A stretch of DNA of 63,989 nucleotides, the filler included, from Reticulomyxa filosa (lineage: Eukaryota; Protista; Foraminifera): assembly GCA_000512085.1 (NCBI GenBank). It is 18 parts of 18 records of this genome, joined end to end, with 100 filler letters (N's around TTAATTAATTAA, not from the genome) between each part and the next. Parts side by side here need not be neighbours in the genome. Positions count along the whole stretch, not along the records: positions 51,900 to 53,142 come from ASPP01024532.1; positions 53,243 to 58,013 come from ASPP01028128.1; positions 58,114 to 59,458 come from ASPP01002355.1; positions 59,559 to 60,632 come from ASPP01022492.1; positions 60,733 to 62,889 come from ASPP01020873.1; positions 62,990 to 63,989 come from ASPP01002535.1; 12 more parts are not named here. One strand, written 5' to 3'. The position numbers and the translations under genes were made by a program. Shown here in pieces: positions 51,800-63,989 of this stretch; the first letter of the stretch is position 1; each line of letters opens with the position of its first letter. The notes beneath the pieces are model-generated. The model was not told where the DNA came from, searched no databases, and saw only the letters and a program-made list of their open reading frames with translations.

Positions 51800-54449
51800 N
51801 NNNNNNNNNNNNNNNNNNNNNNNNNNNNNNNNNNNNNNNNNNNTTAATTAATTAANNNNNNNNNNNNNNNNNNNNNNNNNNNNNNNNNNNNNNNNNNNNA
51901 ACATGGCAATGGCACGATAATGTATGGAGATGTGCTTTGTGGAGCGTTTCAGGACAAACTGCAGTTGCCGAATAACACGCAAACTGCTATCTTTGGTTAT
52001 ATCTTTTTCTGCACGAGTCAATAGTATTGCAGAAACATTACCAATTTTTACTTTTTCCTGTCGTTTTTTCTATGCAATCAACACAAAAAAAAGAAAACTA
52101 AAAAAGCTTTAAAAGTAAGCGAAAAAAAGCCAATAACGAAAACAAAAAAAGCAACATATAATTTTTTTGTTTAAAAAAAAGATAATATTCTCGATACCCG
52201 AAGACTTGTACTGCTGCAATTACATTTATTTTTAAAAAAAAACCAAAAAACAAAAATTGAATCGAATAATTCAACAATACATTAATCCAATTTTTTGTGT
52301 AATTCCCTTGGTAGTCTGGCAAAAGGCCAATTTTATCGATACTACAACAAATAATTTTTTAGCTTTGAGTTTGTATTATAGTCTCATGTGTGCGATCAAT
52401 TAAATGAATCAAAAAATTAGCTTACGCTTGTACAATTGTTGCAAAAATTAATTGAAAAAGTTTTAGCATAACGTGCAAAGCACAAATATATTACGAATAG
52501 CTCATAAATGGCTGTATCAGCTAAATACACAAATTCCTTCTTCCGCGTGAAGCATTGCTGTCTCCATTTGGAAGAGAAAGATCAGCTGAAACAAATATGC
52601 CATTTTATTGCATTGCATCAAGTGCAAAACAATAGAACTACGGGCAAGGTCCAAAATTTTTGAAAAAAGCAGCAAGTTTCAAATCAAAGCTAAGACAAAT
52701 GTTAGTGCATGCCAAATTTAATAAAATAAAAAAATTAATCGATTGTTATAAGCTAATTATTGTTTAAACTATCAAGACTTCAATGCTGAAAGTGCAAGCT
52801 CAAATACAACGCTATAATTGCGATTAAAAACAACATTATGTGCTACATAAAATCAGTTAATAGTCCGCGTCTGGCTGTCAATTGCATTCAAGCAGATTTG
52901 CGTTCAGAGCTATTAAAAATATGTAAAGACTTACTTGTTGTCCATAAAAAATATTGATGCAAAGTTTGAAACACATGGTAAAACTAATTTGAGCAATATC
53001 GTTGATTGATCTAAGCTGCATATTTGTGCAAACGTAAGTGTAAAAAAATAAACCAAAAATGAAAATAATACAATGTTGAAAAAATTAGTAAGATATCAAA
53101 TTACATTAATGTCAAAACTAAAGCAGCAACATTTAAAAAAAGNNNNNNNNNNNNNNNNNNNNNNNNNNNNNNNNNNNNNNNNNNNNTTAATTAATTAANN
53201 NNNNNNNNNNNNNNNNNNNNNNNNNNNNNNNNNNNNNNNNNNTTTCACTTTGGTTTCCTTGTGCTTCGTAACTAATTGTTCACGTGATTGTTTTGTTTGT
53301 TTGTGTGCTTTTGAAAGAAAAAGGTCAATGCCAACACTGATACGAGAACAGCTTTGTGACAGTAATTGAAGTCAAGACATGACATTAACGAATTGGAAAA
53401 GTTAGTAATATATAAGACGACAATGCAAGCCACTCAAGAACAATTGCAAAATACCAACTACGACCTTCAAATATTTGCGTCGAAGCTGTTCGACAACGTC
53501 ATTGAATTTGACAGTAAGTAGCGTTGATATCAACTGAACAGTATGACCGTAGCTATTGTGTTGTACATAATTAATCTTTGTTATTGTTATTGCTGTTGGT
53601 TTAACAATACTCGTTCATGACTTTCAATATTATGTCAGTAATTATTATTGTTCCATAAAAAAAAGCTAATGTTTGCATTTGGACAAATTAGATATGTTTT
53701 ACTTCAAAGTTTTCAATGATGTCTACATTTTAGTTTGCTATTAGCATATTTCGTACCAACATGTATAATCAGTATATCGTCTAACTTGATGCGCAATTTG
53801 GTCTGCTATTTATTGGGGTGCAAACAATGATTGATCCATTTATGAATGGCATTTACGATTTTTGTGCTGTTACTTTATAATGTATTGCATGTGACAAATA
53901 TCCAATGAATTAGATGTTTATCTTGTCAATGTTCACAGTTCGTTCCGCTACAGTTGCTGTAGGACTCTAGTGTTGGCGTTTTCAACTGACATGATGTGCA
54001 CCTTTGTCGCTGGAAATGAAGCTGGCCACTACAAAACAAACTTTAGATTTTGTTTTTTTTGTTATTATTCCATTTTACCGGGTTCAGAAACCGGAACCTT
54101 TTCAAAACGCATAATATTATGACCTTTTTTGTTTTCATCCTATCTCTTTCTTATCTAATAATAAAATATCAATTCTCACCTATTGTCAAAAGCATACTAA
54201 ATAATTGCTTAATAGAAATAATCAATTGGCGGATTTTGTACACTTTTGGTCGGTTCATTGATATCATATACGGTGACGATGTGAGTTTTCATTTTGCTCC
54301 AAACAAATATCCTTAAATCAGATCGCAACAATGCTCTGCTTTTAGTACATTTATAATTGACATTGAGGAAAAATTAGTTGATAAACATAAGTCAAAAACG
54401 TGAACAAGCGCAAGGAACCTTTTTTTTTTGGATAATCAATGGTAGGAAG

Positions 54450-55023
54450 ATGAGCTTACAAAGAGCACTTTCCAATCGTTTGAAGCTTACTGAAACTATT
54501 TGGCGAGGCAAGCAGCCAGCTTGGGAAATTACCTCTTCTCATTTGAAATTGACATTGACAAAACATGGATTGAACATAGCAAGTGTAACTTTGGTGAACG
54601 ACAGTAAGCAAATGAACCCATTTTGGATTCCTCATTGGGAATGGCACAATCCCGAGAAAATCGAGTATATGAATATAAAAGACGAAGAGCTGATAGGAAA
54701 GTATGGGAACCGCGAAGATTCGCAACTGCTAATGAATTTATGCGGACATAATTTGTGTATGGATCGATTTGGCCTGTGCAAAGAAGACGATATTCCACGA
54801 ACGTGCCATGGCGAAGCGCCAGTGACAAAGTGGTATTTGGACCAATTAAACAATGATACAGTGGCGTTTTCTTGCACCTTACCTATTGCCCGTGTGTATA
54901 TGCAAAGATGCTTTGCGTTTGACGGCGATCGAGTGTATGTGAGCACAAATATCCAAGACTGCACACCGACATATGAGAAATTTATGAAAACGGATTGTTT
55001 CGATCGATCTAATAGTACCAATC

Positions 55024-55078
<55 letters not shown>

Positions 55079-56351
55079 TAATAATAATAATGACAAACAG
55101 ATTGATGCAAACACAGTTAAAGCATTGCATCAACATTTCATTGACGAACGGCAAAAGGCAGCTGATAATGTCATGCCGATATCGTCCGCGTTTACTGAAT
55201 TTAAAGACAAAAGGAAAAAGCTTATTCAAAAATTCAATGTAATGGCGCAAATGTTTGTGTGATCTTTTAAATTTTGTTTGTTTTGATCGTCTTCGATAAT
55301 ACATATCAATTCCAAATCACATACAAATTGTTTGTTACTGTAGAGACGTGAATTGGATCAGAAACATAATTATCATATCATTGAAGCGATGATGGAAGAA
55401 GAAGTATCTTCGCAAAAGAAACCCGCTCCTGAGGCAAAGACGTCATGGTTGCCACAATGGCTTTCATCCTTGCGCGCCTCTGCTCCCACTCCAAAACATG
55501 AACTCGCTTCCAATCATCCGACTTCACCCAACAAACGTGCTTCCATTATCAACGAGCTAAGAGATGAGTTTATGTCATTTCGTCGGCGAAGAAATGAGGT
55601 CCTTCACTCTGTCAAGGAAGATGATCCTAACAAATATAGCGTCTTGCTTCCTCAAAAACCTCGACTCGATGTCGAATGGTGCGAGCATGTTACAATTGGT
55701 TTGTACAATTCCATTTTTAATTTTATTCAAATCAAGATACACTCAAACTGGACTTTATATCCGATATGAGGGGACGGGACTTGTTATTACAATACAGGGG
55801 ATCCATTTTTAAACGGTTGCAATATTCAAACTAGTTGTGTGAAAGGTTACAATTTTGCCGAAAATATGCCCATGTCGAGATTCAAGCACACCCCGCTACT
55901 GGCAGAAATTGACAAATCACAAGCATTAACAATGCCTGCACTCGGTGACAACTCAATCCAGGTCGAAGAATGCACCACTTTGTTGTGTGATCCCAAAGAG
56001 GAATGGAATTGGTTTTTGGCAAAAAATGAAAAACTTGGATATGAATTAGAATACAACTGGAACTCAAACGTGTGGCCTTGGTTAGTCGTTTGGACTGAAC
56101 ACAATGCAAGGTCTTTGCCACCTTGGAATTCCAAGACGAGAACACGTGGCTTAGAATTTAGCACTAAGCCTTTTCCATTGCCTAGTCTGGAAAAATTCAT
56201 TCCAAAAGAAAGGCTGGGACAAATAAATAGTGACAAAACATTGAGCTATAACGTAAACACTTTTGATGGCACTCCCATCAATTTTGTGCTTCCTAAAAAT
56301 GGTAGAACTGAGGTGTTCAGTTTTCGATGGAATTATTTAGGCTGCCAATAA
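54450..56351 (+). CDS. Galactose-mutarotase (aldose-1-epimerase)-like protein of bacterial type, 3 exons
   Basis: NPFWIPHW, GHNLCMDRFG, HGEAP, WCEHVTI|GDPFL, WPWLVVWTE..R..PPWNSKTRTRGLEFSTKPFP. Introns 55239-55343 and 55699-55797 restore the frame. Confidence 0.7.
55025..55092 (+). repeat. (AAT)n encoding a poly-Asn insert
   Basis: Directly visible and in frame within the mutarotase-like ORF. Confidence 0.85.
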
Positions 56352-56653
56352 AAAAGTGATATGGTTGACATATCTACATTCAATTTAAACAAATAACCTT
56401 TACAAACGCAAACAAAAAATGATTTGATCAATTCAAGATAAAGTTGTTAAATTTGAACACTATGAAATCTTTTAATCCTGTCAGTCATAGCTTTTGTTTA
56501 TTATTTCTGTGAACAAATGTTGATGTTTCAATCAAAGCTCATAACGTCTTTGAAGTGTGTTGTTTTGAATCAAGCATCTTTTGTGATATTTCAAATCATA
56601 TTTTCCACAAAAATAACAACACGAAATGTATCACGAGTAATATTTCTTTTTTT

Positions 56654-57970
56654 CTAGGCTTCTGGTACAATAATCTCAAACATTTGTGTTTCCCACTCAA
56701 AACCAGGATACCGTTCATCAGATGTCGGCACACCAGCTGAAAAATGGCACAACCCCTTCATGCCTTTCAAACAAGCAAAGGTTTCGATTTGGAGTTCTTG
56801 CTCTTGTTTTTCTTTGTTTTCTGTTTTTTCATTGTTGTCATTGTTTTGATTTTCGATTGGTTGTTTTGGAATAAATCTAGGATAAACAGCCACCAAGTCA
56901 TCTAGATAACATCCAATAGCGCATGCTCCCAATCCACACAAAACCATTTGATCATATAACACTTGACTCACCATTCCAGTGTCTAAGTGTGCGGAAGTGT
57001 AATTACTTGGACATTTCAACAAGACATCGCCATCACAGCAAAAGGTGATATTAAAGGCGGCATCATGGCAAATTTTTTGATTGCAACTGGCTTCTTTTGC
57101 TTTCTTCGCTATGACGGCAATGTCATTCGTTTCCACACAATACAATGTGAATTTTTTTCCTTGGCCCAATTTGGTGGAGGAAAATGTGACATCCTGCGCA
57201 GCTGATTTTTGTTCTTTGCAGAACAATTCTTCAAAAGCATTGGCATCCCCGGGGAATAGTAAATAAATGCCAGAGGGTATATCTCTGACCCGAATGACAT
57301 AGAAAACGCAGACATGAACAAAGGAGAAAGGTTTGGATAGGAATTTGAGTAAGTAACAAGTTTCCATCAACACATCCAGCGTCACAAAAGAAGTGGAATA
57401 AATCTCTTTCCAATATTTTGCCGATTTTTTAACTTCCTCACATTCCTTCGGTGGTTTGATAAAATCAATATCATTTTCTCTTTTTAGGTTATCTTCACCA
57501 TAATAGTCCAAGGTACTCCTTCGATGACGTACCGCAAAGTAGCTGTTTACAATATGGCAAGAAAGAGTAGTGTCGATGTGCAAGCTTCCGTCAATCCATT
57601 TGTGATCATTGTTGTCACTGCCTTCAGTTAAGCCAGTGTTTATTAGCAGTTGGTCATTGACAATACCAACAATGGGCCATATGCTACTATTGGTGGGATA
57701 GGATATCGTTTCACAGTCGTATCGTTTCCATTGGTCCATGTGTTTGAAATCCAGTTCACAAGTCCCCGTGTCAGCAGACAACTTGCTGGCGTCACCTCTA
57801 CAGTCCACTCGAAGTAAGATTCGAGGATATTCCCCTCCGGGCAATTGCAAGGCAGTTTGAAGTTGTTCTCCACTGATAGAGCCATTCACAGTGCAAGTCC
57901 AGCCATTCAGCTGTACGGACAGAATTATACTTGCGAGCAAGTGTCCAGTATCCAATAAGGTATAGCGCAA
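56654..57970 (-). CDS. Two-domain SagB/ThcOx-family nitroreductase-like flavoprotein, 5'-truncated
   Basis: First domain: RYTLLDTGHLLASI..S..LNGW. Second domain: RHRRS, V.RV..IPSGIY, SCNQKI, HLDTGMVSQVLY...GLGACAIGCYLDD, HFSAG.P..DER. Confidence 0.82.
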   Translation of the reverse strand: MRYTLLDTGHLLASIILSVQLNGWTCTVNGSISGEQLQTALQLPGGEYPRILLRVDCRGDASKLSADTGTCELDFKHMDQWKRYDCETISYPTNSSIWPIVGIVNDQLLINTGLTEGSDNNDHKWIDGSLHIDTTLSCHIVNSYFAVRHRRSTLDYYGEDNLKRENDIDFIKPPKECEEVKKSAKYWKEIYSTSFVTLDVLMETCYLLKFLSKPFSFVHVCVFYVIRVRDIPSGIYLLFPGDANAFEELFCKEQKSAAQDVTFSSTKLGQGKKFTLYCVETNDIAVIAKKAKEASCNQKICHDAAFNITFCCDGDVLLKCPSNYTSAHLDTGMVSQVLYDQMVLCGLGACAIGCYLDDLVAVYPRFIPKQPIENQNNDNNEKTENKEKQEQELQIETFACLKGMKGLCHFSAGVPTSDERYPGFEWETQMFEIIVPEA

Positions 57971-57971
57971 G

Positions 57972-58013
<42 letters not shown>

Positions 58014-58113
58014 NNNNNNNNNNNNNNNNNNNNNNNNNNNNNNNNNNNNNNNNNNNNTTAATTAATTAANNNNNNNNNNNNNNNNNNNNNNNNNNNNNNN
58101 NNNNNNNNNNNNN

Positions 58114-59245
58114 ATCTGATTAACTCATTCAAAGCATCGAAATTAGTATTATCATCAGCACAGCCCAATTGAATACAAGGATTGAATGTCATTAAACCAA
58201 ATGCCAATAATTGAATGTCTGTGTCATTGGTTGTTTTCCAAATAGGATTATTTGAATTCTCTTGGTTCATCAATGTATTTTCATTTTTCAATTGGATATT
58301 TTCTTTCAATCCACCAATTGTTGCACGTTTCCACATATCTTTGGATATTTCTGATAATGCATCTCGAACATACCATGTACATCCCCTTTTCACTCTTTCC
58401 AACAAATGTATCATCAATAAATACAATTGTTTGTCATTCAATTTCGTTGATATTTTTCGAAGTAATTCCACCAATGATCTATCTTTATATGTATCGTTAT
58501 TTGTGTTGATCGAATGTTCGGAAACAAATATCAAAGCGTTGAAAACCCTCTCCGATTGTTTTTCACTCCATTTCGTCGAGATTACTCCAAGTGATTCTGC
58601 ACATGATATACAAACATAATCATCTTTATCTTTCAATCCATCGATCAAAGTATGAATTGCATTTTCCAGTTGTTTCTCATTTAATTTCTCTGAAATTACT
58701 CCAAGTGATTCTGCACATGATTTACAAATATTTTTATCTTCATCTTTTAATCCACTCATCAAAACGTTGACAACTGTTTCCAGTTGTTTCTCATTCGCTT
58801 TTGTTGCAATTATACCAAGTGATTTTGCACACGACATACGAACAAAATAATTTTCATCTTTTAACCCATGAATGAAAGAACTGAAAACTCTATCTAATTG
58901 TTTATCATTCAGTTTTGTTGAAATTGTTTCAAGTGATTTTTCACATAAGGCACGAATACATTCATTTTCATCTTTTAATCCATTTATCAAACATTGAAAA
59001 GTAATATCCAATTGTTTGTCATTCCATTTCTTTGAAAGTGTTACAAGTGATTTTACATATGAGTATCGAACATTCGAATCACTATCTTTTAATCCATTTG
59101 TCAAACATTGAAAAGCATCATCGAAAAGTTTTCCATTTAGATTCGCTGCAATTGTCCCAAGTAATTCTGCACATTCCTTACGTACATTTTTATCATTATT
59201 TCCATCATTGAATATATCCATTGAAGAGTTAAAAGCTTTATTCAA
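58114..59245 (-). CDS. HEAT-repeat (PBS-lyase-like) protein; the upstream part looks degraded
   Basis: About six 38-aa repeats of type L..GLKD....VR.SCA.SLG.IS.KLNEKQL, with 114-bp DNA periodicity (ATTACTCCAAGTGATTCTGCACATGAT at 58581 and 58695). Confidence 0.85.
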
Positions 59246-59642
59246 TGTTGTTCATTGCATTTTTTTGAAATTCTTTTAAGTATTTGAATGCACTTGATAC
59301 GAATATTTGGATGTTTATTTTTATCATTTAACTTATCCATAAAATAATTCAATGCAATGTTTATTTGTTTTTCATCCAATCTCTGTGCAATCCTTTTAAG
59401 TAGTCAGCGTATTTATCATTATATATATATTCACAATTTAATCTACTAATGAAATAATNNNNNNNNNNNNNNNNNNNNNNNNNNNNNNNNNNNNNNNNNN
59501 NNTTAATTAATTAANNNNNNNNNNNNNNNNNNNNNNNNNNNNNNNNNNNNNNNNNNNNGGAACAAATAGATAAACATTACAAAAGTACAACAATAATAAT
59601 AATAACAATAAAATAATAAATAAATTGGGGGGGGAAACTTAG

Positions 59643-60632
59643 GATTCATGGAATAAAGATGAAAAAGAAGAGAGCCAAGAGGGCTCATCTGAAGATGACG
59701 GATTGGCCGAGTTTGACCCCAAAAAAAAAGAGATGCAAGCAAATGCCAATTCTAATGTCATCGATGAACCTTCTTCTTCTGATTCCGAAAAAAAAATTGA
59801 ACCTTATAACCCCGCTGGCACTAATGAAGAAGCTGATGTATTGGTTGATGAGTTCTGTCTTTTCCCTTCTCTCCCCTTTTTTTTTAAAAAAAAAAAAAAA
59901 TTAATTTTTTCCACTGATGAAAGTTGTTGGTGTCTCCAATGGAGATTTTTGTTTATGACAAAATAACAACGCTCTGATCTCTTCTTTTCTTTTAAAAAAA
60001 AAGGATCCCTTTTCCCCTCCCTCCTCTTCTTCCGTAAAATTCATGATAGACAATATTGCTGTAAAATAACTTGTAATATAACAGCGATGCAAACAAATAT
60101 TGGCTGATTGGAGAAACACAAGGTGATAAGTATCGAATGGTCGATTATGGTGAACGATACTTCCAAAAAGATCGTCATAAGAAAAGCGTATTCAAGAAAA
60201 AAACTGTTGCGGAAATTCTGCAGTGGGAATCATATGTTCAGTGCACTTGTTTGTTTTATTTCCAATGTATTGAGGCCTTTCTCGCATCATTTGTGAATTT
60301 TGCTTGTATCAACAGCACAAAATGGATGCCTTGAGAAAACTAGATTCAAAGTTAAACCAGCAGGCGAGACAAACATGGAAAAATATCAATAGCTACACAA
60401 AAAATCGCAAATCTTCTAAAGTTAGTATTTATTTAAATATATGTATATATGTATATATGTGTACATATACATGCAAATATAATAATTAAAGAGAAATAAT
60501 GTGGTTTGAATGTTTGATTTGAAAGACGAAAACCGATGAACACGCAGATAAATTATTACGATTTGCCTTGAAAGCACCAGAAGAATTAAGAGATGAAATC
60601 TTTTGTCAATTGGTGAAAATGACAACAAAGAA
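59643..60632 (+). CDS. MyTH4-domain protein fragment (myosin/kinesin tail type)
   Basis: KKKTVAEILQW, LRKLDSKLNQQARQTWKNINSY, APEELRDEIFCQLVKMTT. Confidence 0.72.
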
Positions 60633-62989
60633 NNNNNNNNNNNNNNNNNNNNNNNNNNNNNNNNNNNNNNNNNNNNTTAATTAATTAANNNNNNNNNNNN
60701 NNNNNNNNNNNNNNNNNNNNNNNNNNNNNNNNATATATCTGATTTATCCAACTGCTGTTCAGTTAATCGACCATTTCATTGATTGGATCTCTTTTGTGTA
60801 AAACTATCATAATATGAACTCAGGTGTTTAACTCTTTCTGTGTCAATTCAAAAGATAGACATATGCCTATACACAAAGAAACATTGAATCTTATTCAATG
60901 ACTTTGATCCTCCAAGCACACCATTGATACAGAAAAAGCTAACTCATTTTTTATGTTTTATATTAGTCATTTTTCGTATGTTTTGAAAGATACTTTTCAT
61001 TCTGTTTCCAAGGTAAAAAGGATATTTGACATCCAACTTTTTTTTAAGGTGTTTTGGAAAAAATTAAAAAAGAAGACAAAAGCAAAAAGAAATAGTTTGT
61101 TCCAAGCGGCGCCGCTTGGATTAAACTTTTTCTTTTTCGCTTTTTCCTTCTTTTTTTTTTTAATTTTTTAATATTTATGATTTAGTATTTTGACAATATG
61201 GTAATTTTAGCTTTATATTTTTGTCAGCTTTAACTAGTGTTATGCGTTTTATGTTTTTGGTGACTAAGCAAGACGTTTATTTGTTTATTGGATGAAAGAC
61301 TTTATAAGATCAAATTGAATAATTTTGTCAATATCAGTTTTTTTCCATTTAGATCCATTAACAATGTAACTATCTTATTATTTTGTTTGCTTTGTTCTTT
61401 GATTTTGTTTTTTTAATCCAATAAACATAAAAAAAAAACGGTGTTTTTGTTCTATTGTCTTTTTTAAATTGTTATCATTATCGGAGAAAAAGGGAGCATT
61501 AAACAAGATTATTTTAAAAAAAGAGACAAAATACACAAAAACATAATCTGATTAGAATCTGTGATTCATGTATATTTGTATTTGAGCTAGTTTCATCGAG
61601 GCATTGCAAATAATGTTTTTTTATCTCAATATTTTTTTTTATCAGTTTATCCACATTTTGCAAGAAAGTAATAAACTGCACCATCGTATAAGTCTATAAT
61701 TTTTAAATCATATAAGTAATGATAAAATGAAATAAATAAAAACTAACCAGATCCTCCAAGATATTTAAAATTAGAAACCAATTCTTCCAAATTACTAAAT
61801 ATGTTATCTTGCATAAATTGATCAAATTCATATGAAACTTCAATTCAATGGGTTCCTATTATCTTTTTATTATTAAAAAATCGTCGTTTACCGTTTTCAA
61901 TATTTTCCAACAATTTTAAATAATGTGTTGAATGTGTTGCTTGTAATTCCATTACTTTCTTTTCTAAATAAAGGACAAAAACGTTTCATACAAATAAACT
62001 TTTTGCGGAGCTTGAACAATCGACAAAAAAAAATTAGGTTCAAGAGCAAAGTTTGCCAAACGAAAAAATATTGGAACATTTCAATGTTAGAGTTGGTTCA
62101 TGCATAAAAATTCCTCATGAATATTTTTTGATTTGGAAAATCTTGCATTCAATTGAATAATTTTAGGAATTGCACATATTATTTGAACTTGTGTTATGAT
62201 TCAAGCAATGATCCCATTTACATTGAGGATAATTTTCTTTTGTGATATTAAATTTGTTTGATTTGTGAACGCAGGAAGCTTTCAACTTCTTCAACATGTC
62301 CACTCTTTTGTTGCAGTTGCTTTATTGGTTGTTGTTTCAGGGTATAAGTTTTGTGTTCGTCGTCTGGGGATCAACACTGTAGATATCTGTTTCCTCTCCT
62401 CGCTGTTTCGACTTGTTTGTTGTCGATGAAGAATAGTATTTAAAACTTTTTATTTAGTTTTCAATTGAAGCTAGCAATGTGTAATGAAATTTTTGATTTG
62501 GCGAGAAGCAGAAACAAAAACAAAAAACAAAAAAAACAAAAACATAAAGAGAAAAAATTAGAACTAAAACCAAGAAAAACATTGCAATATTCTTCCATTG
62601 GTACAGTTATACCTTTGTGTTTTTTTGTTTTTTTTGCTAGATATGTCTAAAAAAAAAAAAGGTGAACCCCAACCTACAAACAATATTTCAAAATTTGTAT
62701 TACTTCCCCAATTTGAAGGAAAGAGATTGCCGGGAAAAAAAAAATAAAAAATTTTCATGTTTTCGTATCTTCTGAAGAAAGTTCTTCGCGTGTAAAATCG
62801 AAACTTCCCGAGTTATTTTTTGTGCAAAGATCTTTCGAATGTGGAGTGTGATTTTTAAGAGAGAAGAGAGTGGAAGAAGAAGAAGAAGANNNNNNNNNNN
62901 NNNNNNNNNNNNNNNNNNNNNNNNNNNNNNNNNTTAATTAATTAANNNNNNNNNNNNNNNNNNNNNNNNNNNNNNNNNNNNNNNNNNNN

Positions 62990-63899
62990 CTCCTTTGATC
63001 ATATACAATTTTTTATTTGATCGAATATCCCAAAAACGAATTGTTCTATCATGTGATCCAGAGCATATAACATTTGCACGAACACCAAGTTCATAATTTT
63101 TTATTGAAAATGGTGAATAAGCAACACATGTTACACTTTTTGTATGTGCATTGAATATTTGAATTTGTTTTTTAGATCGAATATCCCATAAACGAACACT
63201 GTTATCAACTGATCCAGATAATATTGTATTTACACAGCCAATATTTCCTAATTCATTTGGTCCATATTTTACGCTACTCACATAATTTTTATGTCCCTCG
63301 AATATGATAAATTCCTTAGTTTTTTCAATATCCCACACACGAACTGTATCATCAAATGATCCAGAACAAATTGTATACCCACTACCACCAATCATACTAA
63401 TATTACCACTTTGCAATGGTGAAATATCCACACAGTACACAGTATTTGTATGTCCATTGAAAGCATGTAATGGTTTGGATGTTTCAACATCCCATAAACG
63501 AACTGTTTTGTCAGCAGATCCAGAACACAAATATCTACCACCATCAAATGATGAAAATTCAATACAATCAATACTATTAGTGTGTCCATTGAATACTTGC
63601 ACTTGTTGACTATTTTTGAAATCCCAAAGACGAATGGTTTTGTCTTTTGACGAAAAACAAATGACACAGCTACGATTATTATGATAATGATATTGCGAAA
63701 ATTTCGCGCAAGACACCTCCTTTGGATGCTCTAATAAGTAAATCTGTTTTTTAGTCACTGTATCCCATACACGAACTGTTTTATCATGTGATCCAGAACA
63801 AAGTAATTGGCTATCATCAAATATTGAATAATCAATACTACTCACATGATCGACATGTCCAATGAAATTGTCAACTAATTTTGGCGCTGCACGAAACAA
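62990..63899 (-). CDS. WD40-repeat protein, 3'-truncated
   Basis: Six GH...CSGS.D.TVR.WD repeats. Confidence 0.92.
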
Positions 63900-63931
63900 A
63901 CCAAGATGAGGCGAAAAGTATTTAGGTCTCT

Positions 63932-63989
63932 GATTTTTTGGATTTTTTTATCTTTTGGATTTTTTTTTATCTTTTGGATTTTTTTCTTT
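63932..63989. repeat. Short imperfect tandem repeat (TTTTGGATTTTTTTATC-like, ~3 copies)
   Basis: Directly visible at the window end. Confidence 0.6.

Noticed and set aside
51900-53142. Minus-strand protein-like fragments
   Set aside because: Interrupted in all frames and unassignable without a search.
60733-62889. Possible pseudogene fragments
   Set aside because: No continuous frame or recognisable motif.
4127-62989. Recurrent TTAATTAATTAA palindrome as a biological repeat, CRISPR-like array or element end
   Set aside because: It is always centred in exactly 44+44 N and gives stops in six frames, so it is an assembly spacer.
1-63989. Alternative genetic code, tRNA/rRNA genes, telomeric repeats
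   Set aside because: In-frame stops are explained by introns or single-base indels, TAA, TAG and TGA all end genes, and I recognised no structural RNA or telomere pattern.

Overview
This is not one locus. The window holds 18 short contigs of an AT-rich, intron-containing eukaryote, joined by 17 artificial 100-bp spacers (44 N + TTAATTAATTAA + 44 N). The short introns, poly-Asn inserts and the style of the WD40/HEAT families suggest the foraminiferan Reticulomyxa filosa or a relative; this is inference, not a database result. Synteny means nothing across spacers. Genes I can support: a TEY MAP kinase, a Cys-rich type I membrane protein, a >15-kb RNF213/mysterin-like giant AAA+ ATPase, RABL2, a 2OG-Fe(II) oxygenase, a Rab C-terminus, a UBA+RING protein, a SAM/coiled-coil/FN3 protein, a chromodomain-like fragment, a long-chain acyl-CoA synthetase fused to two ubiquitin-like domains, a decayed LINE, a LARGE-type glycosyltransferase, a His-rich membrane protein, a GH18 chitinase, RRP5, an ABHD4/5-like hydrolase, TMEM144, a bacterial-type galactose-mutarotase-like protein with introns, a SagB-type nitroreductase, and HEAT, MyTH4 and WD40 proteins. 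The most notable observations are four: (1) the RNF213-like protein has no visible RING and an RZ finger lacking the catalytic Cys; (2) the UBL-UBL-acyl-CoA synthetase fusion; (3) introns with degenerate donors and U-rich 5' / A-rich 3' halves; (4) the probable bacterial-derived gene. Many one-base frameshifts fall in homopolymer runs and are most likely sequencing errors.
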